Of a stretch of 64,000 nt of DNA, positions 35,402-46,945 are shown piece by piece; the stretch's first letter is position 1; the number at the start of each line of letters is the position of its first letter. The position numbers and the translations under genes were made by a program. The notes under the pieces were generated by a model. It saw only the letters and a program-made list of their open reading frames with translations. It did not search any database and was not told where the DNA came from. Location of the stretch: the NCBI GenBank assembly GCA_013360445.1, contig JABWBP010000001.1, forward strand, positions 1-64,000, read 5' to 3'. The DNA is from Calditrichaceae bacterium. Its GTDB lineage: Bacteria; Calditrichota; Calditrichia; RBG-13-44-9; J075.

Positions 35402-35530
35402 GGGGGGCGGGGGAATGCGTAGTGCGTATTGCGTAAAACGTAACACGTGATGCGTAAAAAAACGGAATACGCAATACGCACCACCGTAACAGTTGCGCAT
35501 TACGTTTCACGCATCACGTTTTACATTCTT
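35400..35530. repeat. CGTAA/TTACG-type foldback repeat (same family as 4205-4335), G-rich clamp gaggggggcggggga
   Basis: gaatgcgtagtgcgtattgcgtaaaacgtaacacgtgatgcgtaaaaaaacggaatacgcaatacgcaccaccgtaacagttgcgcattacgtttcacgcatcacgttttacat. Confidence 0.75.
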
Positions 35531-35536
35531 TTGCCC

Positions 35537-36898
35537 ATGAGACAGAGCTTCTTCCAAAAATTCCGCTTCCAGGTTATCCTGCGGGTGACCGGATTGATCC
35601 TGAGCATCTTTCTGTTCATGTTCGTGGTGCAGCAGACCCGGCTGCTGGCTACCGCGTTTCTGCTGGGGATATTCTTGCTCTACCAGACCGTTTCGCTGAT
35701 CCGCTACGTGGAAAAGACCAACCAGGATTTGAGCCGCTTTTTCCAGGCCGTCAAATACGCCGATTTTTCGCAATCCTTTTCCGGCGCGGGGTTAGGCTCC
35801 AAATTCGACGATTTGAAGAAGTCATTCGCCGCGGTGATCGAAGAATTCCAGAAAGCCCGGGCGGAAAAGGAGGCGCAGCACCGCTTTTTGCAAACCGTGG
35901 TGCGCCACGTGGGCATCGGTTTGATCGCCTTCCGGGAGGACGGGGAGGTGGAGTTGAGCAACGGCGCCGCCAAACGGCTGCTCTCCGTGCAGCAGTTGAA
36001 AAACATTCGCAGCCTCTCAACCCTCAACCCCTCGCCGGTCGATACCCTCTTCAACCTCCAAAGCGGGGAGCGGGCGCTGCTGAAAATCCAATCCCGGGAC
36101 GAGTGGCTGCAGCTCGCGGTGTACGCCACCCGCTTCAAGCTGCGGGGGAGGCCCATCACCCTGGTCTCGCTGCAAAACATTCAGAGCGAGTTAGAAGAAA
36201 AAGAGATGGAAGCCTGGCAGAACCTCATCCGGGTGCTCACCCACGAGATCATGAATTCCGTGACCCCCATTGCCAGCCTGGCGGGCACGGTCAACGCCAT
36301 GCTCGCGGAAAAACCTCCCGGCAGCGCCGCGCCGGCGTTGGATCTGGCCGGCGTGCAGGATATTCAAGAGGCGGTGCAAACTATCCGCAAGCGCAGCGAG
36401 GGGCTGCTGCGCTTCGTGGAGAACTACCGCAAGCTCACCCGCCTGCCGGCGCCCAATTTCCAGATGTTTCCGGCGGCGGAGGTGTTTGGCCGGGTGCAGG
36501 GTTTGTTGGGAAACCAGCTCCAGGGCAGCCCCGTGGAGGTTCTAACCGCCGTTTACCCTCCCGATCTAATGCTGGCCGCCGATCCCCAGTTGATCGAACA
36601 GGCGCTGATCAACCTGGTTACCAACGCACTGCAGGCCTTAGGGGAGCGGAGCGGCGGGCGGGTAGAGCTGAAAGCTTTTCTGAACCGGCGCGGCCGGGCG
36701 GTGATCCAGGTGATCGACAACGGCCCCGGCATCGACGCGGAGACCCGGGAGAAGATCTTCATTCCCTTTTTCAGCACCAAACAGAACGGCAGCGGGATCG
36801 GGTTGAGTTTGTGCCGGCAGATCATGCGCCTGCACGGGGGCAGCATCGGGGTGCGCTCCCTCCCGGGGGAGATGACGATTTTTACGTTGCGGTTTTGA
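35537..36898 (+). CDS. Sensor histidine kinase (two N-terminal TM helices, HisKA + HATPase_c)
   Basis: H-box LTHEIMNSVTPI, N-box LINLVTNALQA, G-boxes IDNGPGID and GSGIGLSLCRQIMRLHGG. ATG at 35537. The track start at 35447 lies inside the repeat. Confidence 0.85.
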   Translation: MRQSFFQKFRFQVILRVTGLILSIFLFMFVVQQTRLLATAFLLGIFLLYQTVSLIRYVEKTNQDLSRFFQAVKYADFSQSFSGAGLGSKFDDLKKSFAAVIEEFQKARAEKEAQHRFLQTVVRHVGIGLIAFREDGEVELSNGAAKRLLSVQQLKNIRSLSTLNPSPVDTLFNLQSGERALLKIQSRDEWLQLAVYATRFKLRGRPITLVSLQNIQSELEEKEMEAWQNLIRVLTHEIMNSVTPIASLAGTVNAMLAEKPPGSAAPALDLAGVQDIQEAVQTIRKRSEGLLRFVENYRKLTRLPAPNFQMFPAAEVFGRVQGLLGNQLQGSPVEVLTAVYPPDLMLAADPQLIEQALINLVTNALQALGERSGGRVELKAFLNRRGRAVIQVIDNGPGIDAETREKIFIPFFSTKQNGSGIGLSLCRQIMRLHGGSIGVRSLPGEMTIFTLRF

Positions 36899-36934
36899 GA
36901 AAACGGAAGCATGGGGCAGCGGTAGAGACGTTGC

Positions 36935-37100
36935 ACTGCAACGTCTCAGGGGCAGGGCAGTATAAAATTGCCAATTGGCAATCAGCAATTGACAATTGCC
37001 AATTATTAAGGGGGCAGGGGGAAAGACGGGCATGATCGGGCAAACTCTTCAGCAATAGTTGATGAACTCTTCAGCAAGAGTGGGGTAACTCTTCAGCAAG
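36935..37100. repeat. Palindrome-rich patch (ttgccaattggcaa, caattg) then 4x direct ~20-nt repeats aactcttcagcaagagtNgg
   Basis: Directly visible: ggggcagggcagtataaaattgccaattggcaatcagcaattgacaattgccaattatt, then caaactcttcagcaatagttgatgaactcttcagcaagagtggggtaactcttcagcaagagttgggcaactcttcggcg. Confidence 0.7.
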
Positions 37101-37102
37101 AG

Positions 37103-37423
37103 TTGGGCAACTCTTCGGCGTTTTGGGGGGGAATGCGGTACGGGAGGGTGACAAAAAAATTGTGCTGGGGGTCGATTAAAAGCATTTTCAGGGAGCGATT
37201 TTCTGGTTATATTTATACTGCCTTGCCTGGCGTTCTGATAATACCGGCAACAATCGTTCAGAGATCCTCCGTTGAGGAACGCGTTCGGAAAATTCTAAAT
37301 AATTCTTCATCTTCCGATGTCTCTCGTCTTGAGCAAGAAATTGACCAATTGGTGCATCAACTCTACGGCCTGAGCGAGGTGGAGATACGGATAATAAAAG
37401 GAGAATCAAATCATGCCCGATGA
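37103..37423 (+). pseudogene. Probable C-terminal remnant of a type IIG restriction-modification or BREX-type N6-adenine methyltransferase
   Basis: The tail VEERVRKILNNSSSSDVSRLEQEIDQLVHQLYGLSEVEIRIIKGES matches the conserved C-terminal motif (...ID.lVY.LYGLTeEEI.IVE) of Eco57I/PglX-like enzymes. No methyltransferase catalytic domain lies upstream. Confidence 0.3.
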
Positions 37424-38069
37424 CGAGAAACTAATCCCACCCCACGAAGGAACCCCCATGAACCCCAATCTCAGCACCTTAGAATTTGCCATCACCAACC
37501 TGGGGCGCTGGAAGTGGTGGACAAATGAAGAGCGCACCTACCAGTTGGAATTCGGGATGGTACAGCTATACCTGCCCTCTTCCAAAGGCACTTTTCCCTC
37601 CAACTACACCCTGGCCCTGCAATTCCGGGATACCTTCTGCCTGGCGCTGTTGGAATACCGCCGCGAGGAGAGCGCCATCCCGCAAAACTGGTTCGAGCTG
37701 CTCTCCAAAGACCGGTTGGACCCCTTCAACCTGGTGGATTATAATTTCACCCTCACCGACCCCGCTATTCTGAAGCAACTCTACGCCGAATCCTCCCGGC
37801 GGGAATTTATCTTAGGTGACGAAGCCGCTGTGGATTCGGCAGGGGATAAAACCGCTTTCATCGCTTTGCGCAGCGGCGCGGTGGGAATTATCCTGCTGGC
37901 GCGGGAGATGAAAATCTTCTCCCACGCGGGGGAGATCGCCGAGGCGGAGATTCCCGCCTTGCAGAGCAAATGGTGGGATTACTGGCGCGAATACTGGGCG
38001 AAAATGGGCACGGAGCAGGCGTTGCCCAAAGACCTGATGTGCGAAGTCAACATTCCCGTGAAAAGGTGA
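37413..38069 (+). CDS. Hypothetical protein, Trp-rich
   Basis: An ORF with codon usage consistent with its neighbours and no recognisable motif. Its ATG overlaps the end of the remnant ORF. Confidence 0.4.
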   Translation: MPDDEKLIPPHEGTPMNPNLSTLEFAITNLGRWKWWTNEERTYQLEFGMVQLYLPSSKGTFPSNYTLALQFRDTFCLALLEYRREESAIPQNWFELLSKDRLDPFNLVDYNFTLTDPAILKQLYAESSRREFILGDEAAVDSAGDKTAFIALRSGAVGIILLAREMKIFSHAGEIAEAEIPALQSKWWDYWREYWAKMGTEQALPKDLMCEVNIPVKR

Positions 38070-38541
38070 GCGGAAGTCCCGGCGCAACTCTCCACAATAA
38101 AAACTGAATGAGCAGAACGGCGGCCGCCAGGCAATACAACCCGTAGCGGAATTCGACCCCGGCGTTCACCTGGTTTTCGATTCCCAAAATGAAAAACGCA
38201 ATCAGAATTAGCTCCACTGCAATCCATCGCCCATATTTTGCCAGCGCTCTCAGGCGCTGCTGAACCGACGCAAATCGCGCCAATTTGCCGCTCCAAAGCC
38301 CCATAATGATCGCCAGCTTCAGGGCGGGAAAGAGTATGCCGGCAATGAAAACGCCGGAAAAGAGCAGGTATTCTTTTTCGGAAAGCAGGTAGCGAAAGAT
38401 GGTGAACAGGGAGACGGTGCGGCTGAAGAAGATGTATTTATTCGCCGTGAGCAGCGGGGCAAAAATCCCGCTTAAGAGGAGCAGCAGCGCCAGAAGGGTG
38501 AGCGCGGGGATGAGGATAGGTGATCGGGCAGAGCGATTCAT
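38047..38541 (-). CDS. Small polytopic membrane protein, possibly PqiA-like
   Basis: Four hydrophobic helices. Resemblance to single-domain paraquat-inducible protein A is weak. No partner gene nearby. Confidence 0.35.
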   Translation of the reverse strand: MNRSARSPILIPALTLLALLLLLSGIFAPLLTANKYIFFSRTVSLFTIFRYLLSEKEYLLFSGVFIAGILFPALKLAIIMGLWSGKLARFASVQQRLRALAKYGRWIAVELILIAFFILGIENQVNAGVEFRYGLYCLAAAVLLIQFLLWRVAPGLPLTFSREC

Positions 38542-38864
38542 CGTTTTTTGCTTCTCCCGGGAATAGGTCAGGCCCCCTCGATCTCCGGGAGAATTTATTC
38601 TCCGGCCGGGAAAGATTCAACCGCTAATTTGAATCTGCCGCCAGCAACCGCCCGGGAGGGGGTTATCGTTTAAAAACCGTTGCGTTATCTCTCTCGACAT
38701 CCTATTTTTGCCAGTTGTTTGTGGTTCGTTGTCCGTTGTTGGCGGCGGGGCGCTTCGGGCGGGTGAGTTGGAAGGGATTTGCAGTCTTTTTATTAACCGA
38801 TATTACACATTACGGATTACGCAATACGCATTAGATAGACATCCAAATCAGGAGTTATTACCCC

Positions 38865-41821
<2,957 letters not shown>

Positions 41822-41822
<1 letters not shown>

Positions 41823-41960
41823 GGGCGAAGCATTCTGAAAATAGCCGATAATTTCCGGCAAAAATCTAATCCAGAATGCTTCGCCCGTACCAGGGGCGAA
41901 GCATTCTGAAAATAGCCGATAATTTTCTGAAGAAATCGTCTTCAGAATGCTTCGCCCCTT
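41822..41960. repeat. Tandem duplicated ~60-nt stem-loop (ggggcgaagcattctg ... cagaatgcttcgccc x2) between convergent secA and the response regulator; likely bidirectional terminator
   Basis: Two near-identical copies of ggggcgaagcattctgaaaatagccgataattt...cagaatgcttcgccc. Each can form a 15-bp stem. Confidence 0.65.
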
Positions 41961-43346
41961 CTAAGGCCGGTGAATCTCCAAATCCCGCATCTTGCGGAAC
42001 AGGTTGGTGCGGTCGATGCCTAAGGCGCGGGCGGTTTCGGTAATTTTCCAGCTAAAGCGGTTCAGCGTTTTTATGATATAATCTCTTTCAAAGCGGGCGG
42101 AGGCTTCCCGCAGCGGCTCCGGCTCTTTTTCCGGGACTGCCCCGGCTGCCGCCGCGAAGGGCGGTTTTTCATCCAGCCGCTTTAGCACCTCCTCCACTTT
42201 GATCTCCGTTCCCTCGCTCAAAACCACCAGCCTCTCTATAACATTCTTTAATTCCCGCACGTTCCCCGGCCAGGAATAATTCACTAACACCGACTCCGCC
42301 TGACGGTGAAGGGTCCACACCCGGCGGTTATTTTCCTTGTTGAATTTTTTCAGAAAATGGTAGGCCAGGGGCAAAATATCTTCGCGGCGCTCCCGCAGGG
42401 GCGGAACGTAGAGCGAGATCACGTTCAGGCGGTGGTACAAATCCTCCCGGAATTTATCCGGCAGCATTTTTTTGAGATCCCGATGGGTGGCGGCGATGAT
42501 GCGCACGTTCACCGGCTGAAAAAAATCTTCTCCTAAGCGCATCACTTTTTTATCATCCAGGACGCGCAGCAATTTGGCCTGGAGATGAATATCCAGGTCC
42601 CCGATCTCATCCAAAAAAAGCGTTCCCCCGTTCGCCGCTAAAAATTTCCCCTTGCGGTCGTGATTGGCGCCGGTAAAAGCGCCCTTGCAGTAACCGAACA
42701 GCTCGCTTTCTAACAGTTCGTGGGGCAGGGCGGCGCAGTTCAGGGTAATATAGGGCTGGTTGCGGCGGTTGCTGTTCTGGTGGATGGCGGAAGCGATCAG
42801 TTCCTTGCCCGCGCCGCTTTCCCCAAAAATCAGCACCGTGGCTTCAGTAGCGGCAATTTTGCGAACTTCGTTGACCAGGTTTTGCAAGGCGGGGCTTTTC
42901 CCGATGATCAAATCGTTCTGCGGCAATTCTTCATAAAGGGTTTCCTTTTCCAGCCGGTCTAACATCAGCCGTTGCCGTTCCAGGGCTTTATGGATCGTTG
43001 CGGCAATCTTTTCCGGGTCGATGTTGCCGGACTTTTCAATAAAATCATAGGCTCCCAATTTCAGCGCCTGCACCGCGGAAGCAATAGTGCTGGCCCCGGA
43101 AACGATAATCACCGGCAGCAGCGGGTTGGCCGCCAGCGCCTGGCGGAGAAATTCCAGTCCCCACTCTTTCTGCGTATTCATCTCCATATCCAATAACAGG
43201 CAGCGGTAATCCCGGCGCTGTAACGCCGGCGGCGCCTCTTCCGGCTTGCTGAGCGTATCCACCGAGAAACCCCGCAGGGTTAAACTCTTTTTAAGGGTTT
43301 TACAAAAATTTTCATCATCGTCTATGAGTAAAATGTGGGGCTGCAT
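41961..43346 (-). CDS. Sigma-54-dependent response regulator (REC + AAA+ + HTH, NtrC family)
   Basis: Receiver ILLIDDDENF...CLLLDMEM, Walker A GESGAGKE, GAFTGA motif, and the C-terminal HTH ITETARALGIDRTNLFRKM. Confidence 0.88.
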   Translation of the reverse strand: MQPHILLIDDDENFCKTLKKSLTLRGFSVDTLSKPEEAPPALQRRDYRCLLLDMEMNTQKEWGLEFLRQALAANPLLPVIIVSGASTIASAVQALKLGAYDFIEKSGNIDPEKIAATIHKALERQRLMLDRLEKETLYEELPQNDLIIGKSPALQNLVNEVRKIAATEATVLIFGESGAGKELIASAIHQNSNRRNQPYITLNCAALPHELLESELFGYCKGAFTGANHDRKGKFLAANGGTLFLDEIGDLDIHLQAKLLRVLDDKKVMRLGEDFFQPVNVRIIAATHRDLKKMLPDKFREDLYHRLNVISLYVPPLRERREDILPLAYHFLKKFNKENNRRVWTLHRQAESVLVNYSWPGNVRELKNVIERLVVLSEGTEIKVEEVLKRLDEKPPFAAAAGAVPEKEPEPLREASARFERDYIIKTLNRFSWKITETARALGIDRTNLFRKMRDLEIHRP

Positions 43347-44555
43347 GGCGCCAAAGCCAGCGGCGCGGGAGGGGTGGTCGATCTTCTCAACGTCGATTTT
43401 GAGGCCATCGGGCCGGTTGGCAGCACCGCGGCCCAGAACCTGGAATTCTCCGCCATGGCCGCTGCCAATACTTTCACCGACCTGCTCCCCTACCTCACCG
43501 TCAACAACGGCAGCATTGACATTACTGCCCCGGGCGCGTTGGGCGACGTCAGCGGCGATAATATCGTCAACTCTACCGATGCGTTAATCATCCTGACTTA
43601 CGACGCCGGTTCCCCCATTCCCCCGGCATTTTTAGCGCGCATCACCGCCGGTTTCGGCAACGTGAATTCCGATAATTTCACCAACTCCACTGACGCCTTG
43701 ATCATTCTGACCTATGACGCCGGGGTTCAAGTCCCTTTCCCGATCGGAGACCCGATGTGTCCGCCGGGGAACCTTGCTTCCTCCCTGAACGCGGTTCCCT
43801 CTTCCGGCGCATTGCTAAAAACCGAAAAAAAGATTCACGCCTTTGCTGAGTCAGGCGCTGCCCCAATCGCTCCCGGCCAAACCGCAACTGTTCCCGTGAC
43901 GATTGATCTGACCGGTTTCCCGGCCAGTGGCTCCTCCGATGAAAAACTGGGCAGCTTCACTGCCCGGTTGGAATGGAACCCGGCCACGTTGCAACTGCTG
44001 AATTTCAGCGGCGGGAAAACCGGCGGATTCGAGAACCCGGTAGTGAACGACCTGGAAGCCAAATCCGGCAAATTAACCGTTGCCAACGCCAACCCCTACG
44101 GAGCCAAAGGGAGCGTGAATATTTTGAACCTTCGGTTCAAGGCAATCGGCGATCCCGGCTCTTCTGCTGCGCTATCCTTAAGCTTCAGCGCCATGGCCGC
44201 GGCTTACACATTTACTGACTTGTTACCGTATCTGGCCGTTTCCGAGGAAACCCTCACCCTGACGGCGGAAACCCAACCGGGGGATTTTACCCTCGAAAAC
44301 TTCCCCAACCCCTTCAATCCCTCTACCGAGGTTTATTACCAGTTGCCCCGGGAAAGTGAGGTTGAGATCGCGGTGTATAATGTGCTCGGCCAGAATGTGC
44401 AGACGCTGGTGAAGGAAAGGCAAGCGGCAGGAAAGTATGTAGTCCGCTGGGAAGGCCGGGATGAGCAAGGCCAACCGGCGCCTTCGGGGATTTACTTCCT
44501 GCAAATGCGCGCCGGCCAATTTGTTGCGGAACGAAAACTATTATTGTTGAAATAG
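43335..44555 (+). CDS. Cohesin-like plus dockerin-like repeat protein with a type-IX-secretion C-terminal sorting domain; appears N-terminally truncated
   Basis: Two dockerin-like Ca-binding repeats (GDVSGDNIVNSTDALIILTYDAG and GNVNSDNFTNSTDALIILTYDAG). One full and one partial cohesin-like module (…ILNLRFKAIGDPGSSAALSLSFSAMAAAYTFTDLLPYL vs …LLNVDFEAIGPVGSTAAQNLEFSAMAAANTFTDLLPYL). C-terminal T9SS sorting domain NFPNPFNPSTEVYYQLP...GIYFLQMRAGQFVAERKLLLLK. There is no signal peptide, and the ORF abuts the response regulator start. Confidence 0.6.
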   Translation: MGLHGAKASGAGGVVDLLNVDFEAIGPVGSTAAQNLEFSAMAAANTFTDLLPYLTVNNGSIDITAPGALGDVSGDNIVNSTDALIILTYDAGSPIPPAFLARITAGFGNVNSDNFTNSTDALIILTYDAGVQVPFPIGDPMCPPGNLASSLNAVPSSGALLKTEKKIHAFAESGAAPIAPGQTATVPVTIDLTGFPASGSSDEKLGSFTARLEWNPATLQLLNFSGGKTGGFENPVVNDLEAKSGKLTVANANPYGAKGSVNILNLRFKAIGDPGSSAALSLSFSAMAAAYTFTDLLPYLAVSEETLTLTAETQPGDFTLENFPNPFNPSTEVYYQLPRESEVEIAVYNVLGQNVQTLVKERQAAGKYVVRWEGRDEQGQPAPSGIYFLQMRAGQFVAERKLLLLK

Positions 44556-44782
44556 AGCGGGCAGGCCGCCATTTAGGAGAGGAACGGGGCTTTCCGGTAA
44601 GGGGTAGCCCCGTTTTTATTTTGCTAAACAGGGGTGGATTCGAAAGGATTCAAAACCGCGCGCCGGAGTTGCAATAAAGTTTCACAGTCATGGATGAATG
44701 GTTTGCACGACTGATGCGAATCATCAATTACCACCCTCCAATACTCCACTAATCCAACACTCCAACAATCCAAGACTCCCGT

Positions 44783-45811
44783 TCAGTACTTCTTCAACTC
44801 GTCATTCACCATATTCAGCATGATCGACTTGGCGCGGTTGGGCAGGAAGGCGCTTTTGAACCCGTCCAACACTATGGATTTGATGTCATCTAAGTTGAAA
44901 TTGAGGTGCTTGGCGGCTAAGTAAAGCTCGTTGGTGACCGTGGTGTCGGAAATCAGGCGGTTATCGGTGTTGATGCACACCCGCAGGCCGTAGTCGTAGT
45001 AAAAGCGCAGGGGATGTTTCTCGAAGCTCGACGCCGCGCCGGTTTGGATATTGCTGAGCAGGCAGATTTCCAGGGGAATGCGATGGTCGTTCACGTAATT
45101 GAGCAAGTCGCCGTCCTCATATAACCGGGTTCCGTGCCCGATGCGGTGCGCCCCGCAATAGTGAATGGCCTGGTGAATGCTCTCCGCCCCGTAAGCCTCC
45201 CCGGCGTGAATGGTGGTGTTGATATTATTATTGCGGATCAGGTAAAACGCTTCTTTATGGTGCTTGGCGGGATTGTTTTCCTCCTGCCCGGCCAAATCGA
45301 ACGCCACCACGCCCTTGTTTTTGTAGGCAACCGAAAGCTCCGCTAAAATCATCGAGGTTTCCGGGTTGATGTTGCGCATCCCGCAAATAATCACCCCGGT
45401 CTTGATGTTGAATTTCTTCTCCGCTTCTCTCAACCCCTCGATTACCGACTCCACGATGGTGGAGAGCTTCAACCCTTTTTGGGTATGCAAAATCGGCGAG
45501 TAACGCACTTCCATGTACCACACGTTCTCTCCGGCGGCGTCTTCGGCCAGCTCATAAGCAATCCGGTAGAGCGCTTCCGGCTCCTGCATCACCGAGAGGG
45601 TAATATCGAACCCGCGCAGGTATTCTCCCAAATTCTTGCACTGTTTGCCGCTCATCACAACCCCGGCCAGCTTCTCCGGATCGGTGGTGGGCAATTCCAC
45701 GTTCTGTTTTTTGGCCAGGTCGATCAGGGTGGGAATGCGCAGGCAGCCGTCTAAATGAACGTGCAAATCGGTTTTGGGAAGTTGGTGCAGCAATTCGAAG
45801 GGGATTTCCAT
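44783..45811 (-). CDS. add: Adenosine deaminase
   Basis: LPKTDLHVHLDGCLR with the metal-binding HxH, SLHTQKG-like and HAGE blocks, and a C-terminal TDDP-like NTDNRLIS. Confidence 0.85.
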   Translation of the reverse strand: MEIPFELLHQLPKTDLHVHLDGCLRIPTLIDLAKKQNVELPTTDPEKLAGVVMSGKQCKNLGEYLRGFDITLSVMQEPEALYRIAYELAEDAAGENVWYMEVRYSPILHTQKGLKLSTIVESVIEGLREAEKKFNIKTGVIICGMRNINPETSMILAELSVAYKNKGVVAFDLAGQEENNPAKHHKEAFYLIRNNNINTTIHAGEAYGAESIHQAIHYCGAHRIGHGTRLYEDGDLLNYVNDHRIPLEICLLSNIQTGAASSFEKHPLRFYYDYGLRVCINTDNRLISDTTVTNELYLAAKHLNFNLDDIKSIVLDGFKSAFLPNRAKSIMLNMVNDELKKY

Positions 45812-45879
45812 AGAGCAGTCTCCTGAGCGGGTGCGGCGGGGGGTTGGAAGAACCGGGAACCAAAAACCAGGAGGAGTGG

Positions 45880-45990
45880 CTCAGGTAATTTTTCTTACCT
45901 CTCTGATTCTTGGCTCCTGTCTCTTGCTTCCTGCTTCTTGATTCTTAACTCTTGATTCTTAACTCTTGATTCTTAATTCTTGACCCTTTC
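45880..45990. repeat. Tandem direct repeat, ~14-nt unit ctcttgattcttaa x5-6 (pyrimidine-rich)
   Basis: ctgtctcttgcttcctgcttcttgattcttaactcttgattcttaactcttgattcttaattcttgaccc. Confidence 0.75.
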
Positions 45991-45998
45991 CCCGGCCG

Positions 45999-46784
45999 CT
46001 ATGGCGTTTTTGAGGTATCGGCGGCGACGGAATCCCGGGGCGCGGTGGAGGCCGGCGTGCCGAGCGCGCCGGCTCCGCTCTCTAACTCCAATAGAGATTC
46101 CGGCGTGGTAGTTGTATCCTCGGGCAACAAGCCCTGCTGCTGGTACTCCAGGCGGCGGCGCTCCCGCTCCCGGATGTCTAAAATATTTTGCTCCGCCCGC
46201 AAGGACCATTCCGTGCCCTGGTAGGCATTAATAGCAGTTTCGTAAGCTTCAATCGCCTTGAGGTTATCTTTCAGTTTTTCATAGAGCGTGCCGATCTTGA
46301 ACTGCGCAAAACTCTTGGCGTTCAGGTCGTCGCTGTTAGGGTATTGAATGGATTTGTTATAATAATTGATTGCGGTTTTGTAATCGTTGCTCCCTTCCCC
46401 GGTGATCTGCTCGGAAATGCCGGCGCTCCGTTCATAAAATTCCGCGATGGCATTATAAACCCCTGGCACTTTGGAGGGGATCAGGTTCTCCCGCAGCAAT
46501 CCGTAAAGAATCTCAAACTGCTTTTCGTAACTCTGCAAGGCCCCGTAGCACTTGCTCAGCCCGATGGCGGCGTCGATATACTCGCGGCTGGTGGGATACT
46601 CGTAATAAATGATCCCGTAGGCCCGGAAGGCGTTCTCATAATCCCCGCTTTGATAGAATTGGTCGCCGTACTTCAGCAGTTGAGAAGGTTTATCATCTTC
46701 TGAAATCACGCTGCGCACTTCTTTTTTGCCGCATGAAGCAATCAGCAGCGCCAGCGCGCCAAGTATCAAAATCCACAAACGCAT
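45999..46784 (-). CDS. TPR-repeat lipoprotein (BamD/YfiO-like outer-membrane assembly lipoprotein candidate)
   Basis: Signal peptide plus lipobox LIASCG, and TPR-like helices (YGDQFYQSGDYENAFRAYGIIYYEYPTSREYIDAAIGLSKCY...). The C-terminus is low-complexity. Confidence 0.55.
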   Translation of the reverse strand: MRLWILILGALALLIASCGKKEVRSVISEDDKPSQLLKYGDQFYQSGDYENAFRAYGIIYYEYPTSREYIDAAIGLSKCYGALQSYEKQFEILYGLLRENLIPSKVPGVYNAIAEFYERSAGISEQITGEGSNDYKTAINYYNKSIQYPNSDDLNAKSFAQFKIGTLYEKLKDNLKAIEAYETAINAYQGTEWSLRAEQNILDIRERERRRLEYQQQGLLPEDTTTTPESLLELESGAGALGTPASTAPRDSVAADTSKTP

Positions 46785-46794
46785 TATTACCCTC

Positions 46795-46935
46795 CTGAAG
46801 TGGGTTATTGCGGTTTTCAGGTGTTTGTGTGTTCAGGTGTTCATGTATTCGTGTTATAGTTCAATTATAGAATCCCGCTCCTGAACACCAATACACCTGA
46901 ACATAAGAACACATAAACACCTGAACACACAAACA
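46795..46935. repeat. Foldback repeat built from tandem CAGGTGTT / AACACCTG units
   Basis: caggtgtttgtgtgttcaggtgttcatgtattcgtgtta ... ctgaacaccaatacacctgaacataagaacacataaacacctgaacacacaaacac. Same architecture as the GTCATT and CGTAA families, but a different unit. Confidence 0.75.
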
Positions 46936-46945
46936 CTCAACGAAT

